Source of the DNA: an uncultured Nitrospinota bacterium
GTDB taxonomy: Bacteria > Tectomicrobia > Entotheonellia > J063 > CAVPRW01
Length of the DNA stretch: 64,000 nt
Assembly (NCBI GenBank): GCA_963707985.1
Contig: CAVPRW010000015.1
Coordinates: forward strand, 32,001 to 96,000
Reading direction: 5' to 3'
Numbering within the stretch: position 1 is the first letter of the stretch; each line of letters opens with the position of its first letter. Under the pieces are notes generated by a model. It had not been told where the DNA came from and ran no database searches. It was given only the letters and a program-made list of their open reading frames with translations. The translations under genes were made by a program, and so were the position numbers. Below are positions 30,201-40,200 of this stretch, piece after piece.

Positions 30201-31451
30201 GTGAGAGGGTTGGTGTACCACGGATGCTCATGGCTGCGGATAATGATCGCTCACATGTGGCCGACCAACACCTGGCGCTATCGCGGGGATAAACGTGATC
30301 TGCGCCTTGACCTCCTGCGGGGTTTCGCCGTCATTGCCATGGTTGCCGATCACATTGGGGGGGAGCGCTCATGGCTGTACGCGATCACTGGGGGCGACGA
30401 GTTTTTCGTTTCCGCAGCCGAAGTGTTCGTCTTTATTTCCGGCCTCCTGATGGGCATCATTTATGTGGGAGTCGTGGCTCGCCAGGGCCTTGGCGCTGCA
30501 CTGATGAAGAGCCTTCAGCGCGCCTGGACCTTATATCTCATGACCATCAGCTTGACCCTGACGTTCATGCTCCTGTCAACGCAGGTCAATTTGGGGTGGG
30601 GCCAGGGGACGACCGACGCCAGCTGGTCTGACCTCATCATCAGCGTCTTGACGCTACATCGTACATTCTACCTGACAGATGTTCTTCTGCTCTACACGCT
30701 TCTCGTGCTCGCTGCGGGGCCGGTGCTCGTGCTCCTGGTGCACGCCAGGACCACCTACGTTCTGGCTGGCTCGTGGGGTCTGTGGCTTCTCTGGCAGCTG
30801 GCACCCCAGCATGCGCAATTTCCCTGGGCGATCGCCGATAACAGCGTGTTCAATTTTCCCGCCTGGCAGGCCTTGTTTGTGACCGCCATGGCAACGGGCT
30901 ACCATCGCCAGCGTCTTGAGCAGCATTTGGCAGCAGTCTCGGAGCGCCTGCTGTTGGGAATCTCCGGGGCATTTGTCGCCATCGTCATCGCCGTCCATGT
31001 CGGCCTGCTGCTGCCCTCATTAGGCTCGCATAAGATCATCTTCGACTACCTCTTTAGCAAGCTCGATCTCCGTATTGGTCGGCTGCTTGTGTTTGCCGTC
31101 TTCTTCACCTTCGCGTTCGCACTGGTCACCGTTGCATGGGGGCCTATCCGTCGCGCGCTTGGCTGGCTTCTCCTACCTCTTGGACAGGATGCGCTGAGCG
31201 CCTATATCCTGCATCTCTTCGTGGTAGCCCTGGCAATGAAAGTCAGGCCTCTCGTATTCGAAACCATGCTCGCTACACCTCTAGAGAATACTCTGTTTCA
31301 ATCGATGGGCGTCATCTTTATCTGGGCGGCCATCAGTCTGCGAGGGGTGGTACTGAAGCCGCTTCGCATCGGGCTAGCCAGGGGCACTGCGCGGCTAGCG
31401 GCGGGGCGGGCATATTTATACCTCTTCGGTCAGGCCAGCAGAGATCTGTAA
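30201..31451 (+). CDS. OpgC domain-containing membrane protein (start uncertain)
   Basis: RDLRLDLLRG..MVADH, SAAEVFVFISG, DVLLLY, FNFPAWQ.LF, K.DL...R. Confidence 0.85.
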   Translation: MRGLVYHGCSWLRIMIAHMWPTNTWRYRGDKRDLRLDLLRGFAVIAMVADHIGGERSWLYAITGGDEFFVSAAEVFVFISGLLMGIIYVGVVARQGLGAALMKSLQRAWTLYLMTISLTLTFMLLSTQVNLGWGQGTTDASWSDLIISVLTLHRTFYLTDVLLLYTLLVLAAGPVLVLLVHARTTYVLAGSWGLWLLWQLAPQHAQFPWAIADNSVFNFPAWQALFVTAMATGYHRQRLEQHLAAVSERLLLGISGAFVAIVIAVHVGLLLPSLGSHKIIFDYLFSKLDLRIGRLLVFAVFFTFAFALVTVAWGPIRRALGWLLLPLGQDALSAYILHLFVVALAMKVRPLVFETMLATPLENTLFQSMGVIFIWAAISLRGVVLKPLRIGLARGTARLAAGRAYLYLFGQASRDL

Positions 31452-31829
31452 ACAGTCGAGCAACCTCCAGGCATGTCGTATTAGCCGGTCGATTTCCCAC
31501 ACCACCTGCCCATGTTGGGCGCTCCTTCGAACAACTCGCCGCGCGGGCCATAGAGCGCCCAGCCCACATGTCCCCGAGGCTATGCGGCTCTGCCAGCTAT
31601 GGCTTACACGTGCGCTTTCTTGACAGGTCCCAGCGGTCGCATTATTTTGTGCCTATGTCTGAGAGAATGAGATATTCAATTTAAAAAGGTTAAATTCGAT
31701 ATAAAAAAGTAACCATCATCAGGGCCGAGGAGCTGGCTCCTGCTGGGATAGAGAGAGTCTTCTCCAAGTGCTCAGCTTTTGCCGGCCAGCTGTTTATTCA
31801 CCCAAGGCATACAGGAGTGGAGCCCAACA

Positions 31830-33362
31830 ATGCTTGCCAAAGTATTCTCCAGTGCGGTATTGGGGATCGATGCCTACATTGTTGAAGTTGAAGTGGATCT
31901 CGCTTCTGGGTTGCCCTACTTCGCTGTCGTCGGCCTCCCCGATGCATCGGTCAAAGAGAGCCGCGAGCGGGTCAAGGCGGCCGTGCAAAACTCTGGCCTG
32001 GACTTTCCAATCCGCCGCATCACGGTCAACCTGGCCCCTGCCGACATCCGTAAGGAAGGTTCGGCCTATGACCTACCGATCGCTATCGGACTGCTGTGTG
32101 CTACGGGTGTGATCCCCACCGCCACGCTGTTACACTCCCTCCTCCTGGGTGAACTCTCTCTCGACGGCCGTGTGAAACCCATTCGGGGTGCCTTGTCTAT
32201 CTCCCTGGCTGCCGAACGCGCCGGGATGACGCGTCTCATCCTGCCACGCGAGAATGCCAGCGAGGCAGCGGTAATCCAGGGGATCTCCGTGTACCCGGTC
32301 GATACTCTCCCGCAGGTTGTAGAATTCCTGACGGGTCGGATACAGCTCGATCCTTTACAGGTCGACCTACAAGCCGCTTTTGCCCCGTTACAGCCGGCAC
32401 CGATCGACTTTGCCGAGGTCAAAGGTCAAGCCTTGGTCAAACGAGCTTTAGAGGTGGCTGCGGTGGGCGGCCACAACCTCCTCCTCCTGGGACCTCCAGG
32501 GGCGGGTAAATCGATGCTGGCACGACGGCTCACCACCATCTTGCCGGCGATGACCCTGGCCGAGGCCATCGAGACGACGCGCATCCACAGCGTCGCCGGC
32601 CTCACCGGAGACCGTACGGCGTTGGTCACCACCCGCCCGTTTCGTGCGCCGCATCATACCATCTCGGACGTGGGGCTGATCGGGGGCGGCCACGTGCCGA
32701 TGCCGGGTGAGGTGTCGCTGGCCCATAACGGCGTGCTGTTTCTGGATGAACTCCCCGAGTTCCGCCGCCATGTCCTGGAGGTGTTGCGGCAACCGCTGGA
32801 AGATGGAGTGGTCACGATCGCGCGAGCTGCGATGTCAGTGACGTTTCCAGCCCGACTGATGTTGGTAGGAGCAATGAACCCCTGCCCCTGCGGCCAGCGT
32901 GGCCACCCCGAGAAAACCTGCACCTGTTCGCCCCTGGATGTGAAGAAATACCTGAGTCGCATCTCGGGTCCGCTGCTCGATCGCATCGATCTCCACGTTG
33001 AGGTCCCCCCGGTGCAGTACCGTGACCTGGCCTCGGCATCCACAGAGGAATCTTCGGCTGTCATTCGCGCCCGCGGCCATGCGGCCCGCACCCTGCAACA
33101 GCAGCGTTATGCCGCAGATGGGTTGTTCTGCAATGCACACATGCTGCCCAGGCATTTGCGGGTCTACTGTCGGTTGGATGCCGGCGGTCGCCACCTTCTT
33201 GAGGCAGCCATGGGCCGGCTGGGCCTGAGTGCCAGGGGGTACGATCGCGTCCTCAAAGTGGCGCGCACCATTGCCGACCTGGCAGGTGTGGAGTCTATTG
33301 GCGCCGAGCATGTCGCCGAAGCTATCCAATACCGCAGTCTGGATCGTGATCACTGGTCGTGA
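31830..33362 (+). CDS. comM: YifB/ComM Mg-chelatase-like AAA+ ATPase
   Basis: VGLPDASVKESRERV, NLAPADIRKEG, GPPGAGKS, PGEVSLAHNGVLFLDE, AMNPCPCG, ISGPLLDRID. Confidence 0.95.
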   Translation: MLAKVFSSAVLGIDAYIVEVEVDLASGLPYFAVVGLPDASVKESRERVKAAVQNSGLDFPIRRITVNLAPADIRKEGSAYDLPIAIGLLCATGVIPTATLLHSLLLGELSLDGRVKPIRGALSISLAAERAGMTRLILPRENASEAAVIQGISVYPVDTLPQVVEFLTGRIQLDPLQVDLQAAFAPLQPAPIDFAEVKGQALVKRALEVAAVGGHNLLLLGPPGAGKSMLARRLTTILPAMTLAEAIETTRIHSVAGLTGDRTALVTTRPFRAPHHTISDVGLIGGGHVPMPGEVSLAHNGVLFLDELPEFRRHVLEVLRQPLEDGVVTIARAAMSVTFPARLMLVGAMNPCPCGQRGHPEKTCTCSPLDVKKYLSRISGPLLDRIDLHVEVPPVQYRDLASASTEESSAVIRARGHAARTLQQQRYAADGLFCNAHMLPRHLRVYCRLDAGGRHLLEAAMGRLGLSARGYDRVLKVARTIADLAGVESIGAEHVAEAIQYRSLDRDHWS

Positions 33363-33540
33363 GGCAGGGGGAACTGTCGCTTGTAGGGTAGCGCCTGGAC
33401 GTTGACAGCCCCACAGACCTATGATAGCCTTTCGTCTGTTAGGGGCTAATCGCTTATGGTTCCCTGGTGTGGAAGAGCCTCCGGCAGATAGCGCCGGAAT
33501 GTCACTTCGTTCACCGAATTCCCGGCCTGAGGTGGGCATC

Positions 33541-33834
33541 ATGTTCGGCATCGGTATGCAAGAACTGTTAATTATTTTGGTTATTGCCCTGATTGTTGTC
33601 GGGCCACGGAAGCTTCCTGAGTTGGCGAAGACCCTCGGGCGTGGGTTCGCAGAGTTCAAAAAGACCGCCGAAGATTTCCAGAGTACAATGATGGCCGACG
33701 TGAGTACCGAGACGAGCTATCGTACCCCAACTATCCCGCCACGCGTGAAAGGTCGGGCACCGGGGATCGAACGAGGCGAGGAGGGGATGCGGCTTGATAG
33801 CGAAGATCTGGAGAAAGGCGATCGGGTCCGATGA
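33541..33834 (+). CDS. tatB: twin-arginine translocase TatA/TatB subunit
   Basis: [35 protein letters not shown] hinge; precedes tatC. Confidence 0.85.
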   Translation: MFGIGMQELLIILVIALIVVGPRKLPELAKTLGRGFAEFKKTAEDFQSTMMADVSTETSYRTPTIPPRVKGRAPGIERGEEGMRLDSEDLEKGDRVR

Positions 33835-34552
33835 TAAACTGCCGTTTACCGATCACCTGGATGAACTGCGCCATCGCCTTATCATCAGTCTCGTAGGGGT
33901 AGGCCTTGGCTTTGCCGTGTCCTACGGCTTTTCGCAGCAACTTTTGCTACTCCTACAACGACCGATGCCCACGCGGTTGGTCTTTATCGCTCCCACCGAG
34001 GCCTTCCTCGTCAACCTGAAAGTGGCATTCTATGCTGGCCTGTTCCTCAGCGTTCCACTGCTCCTGTTCCAGCTCTGGAAGTTCGTCGCGCCTGGACTGT
34101 ACGAGCATGAGCGCCGATATTCATTCCCCTTTCTGATCATCTCCACGATCCTGTTTCTCCTCGGTGCCGTCTTTGCCTATGTGGTAATTTTGCCGATTGC
34201 TTTGCATTTCCTGATCTCGCAAGGTGGGGAGTTATGGAAGCCGAACATCACCCTATCGAACTATCTTTCCTTCTGTATGCGCCTCATCCTGGCTGCTGGG
34301 CTAGTGTTCGAATTTCCGGTGTTGATGTATTTCCTTGCCAAGGTCGGGGTGGTGACGCCGGAATTCCTCGTTAAGAATCGTAAGTATGCCGTGCTCGCTG
34401 CCTTCGTTATCTCCGCCATCCTCACCCCACCCGATGTCTTCAGTCAGGCGTTGCTGGCGGTGCCTCTGTTTCTGCTCTTTGAGGTGAGTATCTTCGTGGC
34501 CAAGCGGGTAGCTTCGGGCCGAGAGACAGGCGATGGAGCGGACCGGGAGTAA
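33794..34552 (+). CDS. tatC: twin-arginine translocase TatC
   Basis: [34 protein letters not shown]. Confidence 0.96.
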   Translation: MIAKIWRKAIGSDDKLPFTDHLDELRHRLIISLVGVGLGFAVSYGFSQQLLLLLQRPMPTRLVFIAPTEAFLVNLKVAFYAGLFLSVPLLLFQLWKFVAPGLYEHERRYSFPFLIISTILFLLGAVFAYVVILPIALHFLISQGGELWKPNITLSNYLSFCMRLILAAGLVFEFPVLMYFLAKVGVVTPEFLVKNRKYAVLAAFVISAILTPPDVFSQALLAVPLFLLFEVSIFVAKRVASGRETGDGADRE

Positions 34553-34839
34553 TGCAAGAATCGAAGCTGGTGCGGGCGAAGCTGATCATCTCCGGGCGAG
34601 TTCAGGGTGTGTATTTTCGCGCCTCAGCGCGTGAGGTCGCTCATACACAGCAATTATTGGGCTGGGTGCGGAACCGCTCCGATGGCGATGTGGAGACCGT
34701 GGTAGAAGGGGAAGAGGAGGCTGTACAGAGGTTCATCACCTGGTGCCATGACGGCCCTGCTGGTGCGCATGTGGCCGCGGTCCAGATTGCGATGCAGCCG
34801 TACACCGGCGAGTTTCATGACTTTCGTATCATGGGATAA
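34552..34839 (+). CDS. acyP: acylphosphatase
   Basis: GRVQGVYFR, GWVRN..DG.VE. Confidence 0.93.
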   Translation: MQESKLVRAKLIISGRVQGVYFRASAREVAHTQQLLGWVRNRSDGDVETVVEGEEEAVQRFITWCHDGPAGAHVAAVQIAMQPYTGEFHDFRIMG

Positions 34840-34919
34840 GATGGTTTCGGCATTCATCTGTTTGACCGCACATACCTCCGTCATGCCCCTTTCCCTCTGG
34901 GAGAGGGAAAGATATTCAG

Positions 34920-36219
34920 CTATGCATGGGTCTCAAAGGGATCGCGCATGAGGATGCTGTGCTCGCGCCCGGAGCCGGTGGAGACGATGGAGACCGGCAG
35001 CTCTAGGCGTTGCGTCAGCTCCTCGATGTAGGCACGGGCGCGATCCGGGAGCTGTTCGTAGGTGGTTACCCCGACGGTGCTTTCCTGCCATCCGCCCATA
35101 TCGATAAAATGCGGCCGACAATTCAATAAGACCTCCAGCTCATCCGGCACATGTTCGAAGAACTTGCCCTTATATTCATAGGCGACGCAGACTTTGATGT
35201 GGTCATAACCGTCCAGCACGTCAAGCTTCGTGAGGCTGAGGCTGGTGAAAGCCATTGAGCCAGGCCGCTTGCCGTACCATCACCGCGTCGAACCAGCCGC
35301 AGCGGCGGGCACGCCCCGTCGTGGCTCCATACTCGGCACCAACAGTGCGCATACGGTCACCCACCTGGTCGTCGAGCTCGGTGGGAAAGGGCCCCATGCC
35401 AACCCTCGTGGTGTAGGCTTTCGCCACCCCAAGGACGTGATCGATGCGCGACGGCGGTACACCGAGGCCCGTGCAAATGGCACCGACCGTAGTATTCGAT
35501 GAGGTCACGAAGGGGTAGGTGCCGTGGTCGATGTCCAGCATGGTACCCTGGGCTCCTTCGAAGAGGATGTTATCCCCCTGCAGCAGGGCGTCGCGCAGCA
35601 CGTGCTCGGTATCTGCCAGATAGCCACCCAGCTTCTCCCGCCATTCAAGGCACCACGGCAGCAGCACATCGAGGTCAAAACCGGCATGGCCGTACACCGT
35701 TTCGATGATGGGATTTTTCTCAGCCAGATTGGCCTGTAGGCGATCATGCAGCAACGCTTCGTCGAAGAGATCCACAAAGCGAATCCCCATCCGTGCGGCT
35801 TTGTCAGTATAGGCGGGCCCGATGCCACGCCCCGTCGTGCCGATACGGCGGTCGCCACGAAACGCCTCACGCGCCTGATCGATGGCGCTGTGATAGGGGA
35901 GAATCAGATGAGCTTTGCGGCTGATCAGCAGCTGGTCCTTGACCTCGATACCCTGGTGGCGTAGGGTCTCGATCTCCTCGTACAAGGCAATAGGATCGAT
36001 CACCATGCCATTGCCGATCACCGCTTTTTTCCCAGGATGAAGCACTCCGGTTGGCAGGGAATGGAGCACATACTGTTGGCCTTGGACTACCACCGTATGG
36101 CCAGCGTTTGGCCCTCCCTGGAAGCGGGCCACCACATCGGCCTTGAGCGTGAGCAAATCGACGATCTTCCCCTTGCCTTCATCTCCCCACTGTGCCCCAA
36201 CCACCGCAACCGACGGCAT
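34920..36219 (-). CDS. purA: adenylosuccinate synthetase; apparent frameshift at ~35250
   Basis: GAQWGDEGKGK, IGTTGRGIGPAY, EGAQG, EYGATTGRARRCGW; the C-terminus (LTKLDVL) is in a second frame. Removing one T from GGCTTTCACC restores NGFTSLSLTKLD. Confidence 0.95.
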
Positions 36220-36229
36220 ACCGATTCTC

Positions 36230-37531
36230 CTACGAGGCTGGATGGTCGTCCAGCGACACGATGACCTGGATCAGTTCACTCACCGACACCACGCGCTCCC
36301 AGCCGGCTTGAAGGTCTTTCAGCAAGGCCTCGTGCGACCCCAGACCGTTGGTCCCCAGAATGATCCCACGGGCAATCCCCATGCGCTGCGCATAGGCCAA
36401 CGATCCTACCAGATCGCGGCGGATGATATCACGTGCAACGCGATATCCATGCTGTCGCAGCTCCTTGGCGATGCGTAGGGCTTCCCGTTTATCCGGCTTG
36501 AAGTCGATGATCAGAAAGTCGACATGCACGGGCGAACGCAATGCGCCCTGGCGCTCCAGCGCCATCTGCAGCTTCTCGATGTCAATGGCGAACCCCGTCG
36601 AGGGGCACTCCTCGCCGAAACGGCCGATCAGATGATCGTAGCGGCCACCGCCGCAAATCTCGTAGCCCAGATTGGCCGTAAATCCTTCGAAGACGATGCC
36701 GGTGTAATAATCGAAACCGCGGATCTCGCTCAAATCGAGCAGGACAAACGACTCGAGGCCATACACCTTGAGCATGTCATAGACCAGCTGCAAGTTGGTT
36801 AACGCCTGCTCCGAGCGCTGATTATTCACCAGTCGGCTGGCCGCGGTGAAGACCTCCTCGCCGCCGAAGAGATGTGGTAAGGCCAGGAGCATGTCGCGCG
36901 CACTTGGCTCGAGCCGACATTCGTCCATCAAGAGGTCGAGCGCTGAGCTGTCCTTGCGATGTAATGCGACCTGCACCTGCCGTTCCGCCTCGTTGGGTAA
37001 CTGCAATTGTTCGAGCAGGCCGCGCAGGAACTCGACCTGGCTGACGGCAATCTTGAAATCCGCCAGTCCGACCTCCATCAGGCATTCGACCGCGATGGCG
37101 ATCATTTCGACGTCTGCTTCCGGCAATTCGAGACCCATGAGCTCGACACCGGCTTGATACACCTCGCGATGGCGCCCGACCTGCGGCTCAACGTAGCGGA
37201 AGACATTGCTGTTGTAGCAAAATCGTAGTGGTTTGGGGTATTCCTTCAGGATGGTCGCCGCGACTCGGGCGATCTGCGGAGTAATATCCGACCGTAACAC
37301 GAGCAGGCGACCTGTGGCTTGCTCAGTCAGTTTGAAGGTGCGGTCCCGAAGCTCCTCGCCGACACCCAGCGCCAACACGTCATAATATTCGAAGCTTGGT
37401 GTAACGATCTCCTGGAACCCCCAGCGCTGGAAGACAGAGAGGAGCTTGGTCTCAATCTCCCGCTTGAGGGCGGCCTGGGGTGGGAGATACACCCTGACAC
37501 CCTTGGGAATCTCGGTCTTAGAAGCGAGCAT
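36230..37531 (-). CDS. hisZ: ATP phosphoribosyltransferase regulatory subunit HisZ
   Basis: LRSDITPQIAR, QAGVELMG, YYTGIVF, GGGRYDHL..FG; directly upstream of purA. Confidence 0.9.
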   Translation of the reverse strand: MLASKTEIPKGVRVYLPPQAALKREIETKLLSVFQRWGFQEIVTPSFEYYDVLALGVGEELRDRTFKLTEQATGRLLVLRSDITPQIARVAATILKEYPKPLRFCYNSNVFRYVEPQVGRHREVYQAGVELMGLELPEADVEMIAIAVECLMEVGLADFKIAVSQVEFLRGLLEQLQLPNEAERQVQVALHRKDSSALDLLMDECRLEPSARDMLLALPHLFGGEEVFTAASRLVNNQRSEQALTNLQLVYDMLKVYGLESFVLLDLSEIRGFDYYTGIVFEGFTANLGYEICGGGRYDHLIGRFGEECPSTGFAIDIEKLQMALERQGALRSPVHVDFLIIDFKPDKREALRIAKELRQHGYRVARDIIRRDLVGSLAYAQRMGIARGIILGTNGLGSHEALLKDLQAGWERVVSVSELIQVIVSLDDHPAS

Positions 37532-37618
37532 ACAGCCTACGATCCCTGTTAGACGACAGGATTAAAAGGTTAACTTACCACTTACCGCACAAGACCGTCT
37601 GATGGAGCCAACTATGCT

Positions 37619-37647
37619 ATTATAACGCTGGACTTGAAGCGGTTCAA
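37619..37647 (-). promoter_or_regulatory. sigma70-type promoter of hisZ-purA (TTGAAC-N17-TATAAT)
   Basis: Minus strand TTGAACCGCTTCAAGTCCAGCGTTATAAT. Confidence 0.6.
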
Positions 37648-37760
37648 AGCTTTTTGGCAAGGGTTCATCCTTGACAGCCCTGGCAACACGTGGTAGCTGT
37701 AGCAGAGGGATGAAGCTCTAGTCTGACAGTGGCGACCATGAGCGCAAAGGTAGGGACCCA

Positions 37761-40169
37761 ATGCAGGACGCACCACGGATTCTGGTCGTGGATGATGAAC
37801 CTGGGGCACGAGCAGCACTGGTGGAAATCCTCGATGCCAAATACCAGGTGATGACGGCCGAAAGCGGCGCCACCGCCTTACATGTGCTCAGCACCTCCCC
37901 AGCCGACCTGGTGCTGCTCGACCTGAAAATGCCCGGCATGAACGGTATCGATGTGTTGAGAGCGATCAAGGAGACCGACACCACCGTCGAGGCCATCATG
38001 ATCACCGCCCACCCCTCTCTCGAGAGCATCCGAGGAGCCATGGCCTACGGCGCGTCGGGTTATCTCACCAAACCCTTTCATCAACACGAGCTCGAAGAGG
38101 CGGTCAGCAAAGCGTTAGCCCGGCGCGCAGGTCGGACCGGGCGGCAGCAAGAGGTGCGCACCCTGCTGGCACAGCTGCATACGCTCACGCAGTCCACTAC
38201 CGTCGATGCCACGTCGCTAGAGCCGGTCAGCACCGTTCTCAGCCAGGTCCAACGTCTGCTTGGAGCGACCACGGTGCTTTTCTACCTGCGTGAAACCCCT
38301 CCTGCCCCTCTGCACGAACGTGTGGCGCTTGATTGTCCACCCACGCTCCGAGGCGTTCTCGATTCCCCCAGCTGGGCTGATCTCCTTAGCCATAGCTTGG
38401 CCGCTGACCGCGTCGTCCTCGTGCACACCGACCCCGGACCCGCCGGACCCTCTTTGCCCCCCGCCCTTGTCGCGCAGGGGTACACCGCTGCCCTATTCTG
38501 TCCTATGCACTTGGCGCCCGAGGGCCCGGGAGTGCTGGTGTGCTTAGGTACAGACTCGCGGCTGTGGGATGATGACAGCATCGGCCTTGTCCAGACGGTC
38601 GTTGAGCTCCTGGCACTGGCCTTGCTCACCCAACAGCAGTTTCAGGCGTCGCAGCAGACCGTCACTCAGCATGCCCAGCGCGCCACTCAGCTGGGCATCC
38701 AGCGCGCTATCTCCCAGGTGATCTTGAGCCAATTGGAGTTACCGGCCATTTTGGAGGCCCTCAGCGATCAACTCCAGGCTGGTCTTGGCTATACGGGCTT
38801 TTACGTATGGCTCTTTACCTCTGTAGGAGCGCCGCTGCGACAGGTCTACGGAGGCGGTCCGAACCCCGGTTGGCAGCCGGCTGATTCGGCATCCATTCCA
38901 GCCGCTCTTGAGGTCCTCCTCCTTCCCAATGCCCAGGTGGTGTTGGCACCAATCGTGTTGCAAGAGCAGGTGGTCGGCGTCTTAAAACTAGTGCGCGAGG
39001 CCCCGCACGATGCCCTGACGCCGGTTGAGCTCGACTTGCTCCGCTTACTGCTCGACTCCATTGCCCTGGCCGTGCATAACTCCCGCCTCTATGGCGAAGT
39101 CGCATCGACCAAAAGTTTCCTGGAAAATCTTGTCCAGGGGGCAGGCGACGCCATTTTCACGGTGGACCTTACGGATCGGATCACGTCCTGGAATACCAGT
39201 GCCGAGCACATGTTCCAGGCCCCCGCGGCGGCAACGCTGCAGCAACCAATCTGGACGCTTCTGCCACGTGAGGCGTATGGCCAATGGCGCGCCGAGATTG
39301 AACGACGCGGCAAAAGCCTGCAGGTCTATGCCCGTTTAAGTCCCAGTAGCGGCACGACTCGTGATGTGTTGCTGACACTTTCCCCGTTGCGCGGCCCCCA
39401 CAACACGCTGGCGGGCCTGTCGGCCATCTGCAAAGATGTGACTGAAGAGCGTCAGCTTCGGGAGCAGGTGCTGCAGGCCGAGAAATTACGCATGGTGGGG
39501 GAGATGGCCGCTGGCATTGCACACAACTTTAACAATGTCTTGACCACCATCCTGACACGGGCACAAATCCTTGCCCTACAGGGAACGGACTCGACCGCGT
39601 TGCAGCGCGGACTGAACCTGATTGCCCAGGCGGCGTCCGATGGTGCCACCATCGTCCGTCGTCTGCAGCAACTAGCGCGCGGCTCCGGAACATCTGAAGC
39701 GACGACGCTCGATCTCAATGCCTTGGTGCAGGAGGTTGCAGAGACCACCCAGCCCGTCTGGCACGATCACGCCAGGCGCGAAGGGCGGCCAGTCGACATG
39801 AGCCTTGAGCTCACCTCACTGCCCCAACTCGTCGGACGTGCCGCAGAGCTGCGTGAAGTGTTGACGAATCTCCTGCTCAACGCGGTGGAGGCTATGCCGC
39901 AAGGAGGGCACCTGACCTTGCGAAGTTGGACTGAAGATCAAGAAGTCTGCGTTTCGGTGAGCGACACGGGTGTGGGCATGACACCAGAAGTGCAACGCCG
40001 ACTCTTCGATCCGTTTTTCACCACCAAGGGGGTACGTGGCACGGGGCTTGGCCTAACCGTGTCTCAAGCACTCATCAAGGGGCACCGTGGCACGCTCACG
40101 GTCGACAGCGAGCCCGGTCGTGGCACCACCTTCGTCATCCGTTTGCCAGTTGTCTCACGAGCAACCTAG
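37761..40169 (+). CDS. cytoplasmic hybrid histidine kinase (REC-GAF-like-PAS-HisKA-HATPase)
   Basis: ILVVDDE/DLKMP/KPF, ITSWNTSAEHMF, AHNFNNVL, NLLLNA, FDPFFTTK, GTGLGL. Confidence 0.93.
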   Translation: MQDAPRILVVDDEPGARAALVEILDAKYQVMTAESGATALHVLSTSPADLVLLDLKMPGMNGIDVLRAIKETDTTVEAIMITAHPSLESIRGAMAYGASGYLTKPFHQHELEEAVSKALARRAGRTGRQQEVRTLLAQLHTLTQSTTVDATSLEPVSTVLSQVQRLLGATTVLFYLRETPPAPLHERVALDCPPTLRGVLDSPSWADLLSHSLAADRVVLVHTDPGPAGPSLPPALVAQGYTAALFCPMHLAPEGPGVLVCLGTDSRLWDDDSIGLVQTVVELLALALLTQQQFQASQQTVTQHAQRATQLGIQRAISQVILSQLELPAILEALSDQLQAGLGYTGFYVWLFTSVGAPLRQVYGGGPNPGWQPADSASIPAALEVLLLPNAQVVLAPIVLQEQVVGVLKLVREAPHDALTPVELDLLRLLLDSIALAVHNSRLYGEVASTKSFLENLVQGAGDAIFTVDLTDRITSWNTSAEHMFQAPAAATLQQPIWTLLPREAYGQWRAEIERRGKSLQVYARLSPSSGTTRDVLLTLSPLRGPHNTLAGLSAICKDVTEERQLREQVLQAEKLRMVGEMAAGIAHNFNNVLTTILTRAQILALQGTDSTALQRGLNLIAQAASDGATIVRRLQQLARGSGTSEATTLDLNALVQEVAETTQPVWHDHARREGRPVDMSLELTSLPQLVGRAAELREVLTNLLLNAVEAMPQGGHLTLRSWTEDQEVCVSVSDTGVGMTPEVQRRLFDPFFTTKGVRGTGLGLTVSQALIKGHRGTLTVDSEPGRGTTFVIRLPVVSRAT

Positions 40170-40200
40170 CAGGTTTATACCCCTCATTATCCGACAGCGC

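Noticed and set aside
35221..35255. Programmed frameshift or pseudogenisation of purA
   Set aside because: No slippery heptamer or stimulator; same one-base-extra pattern as five other sites, so more likely a read error.
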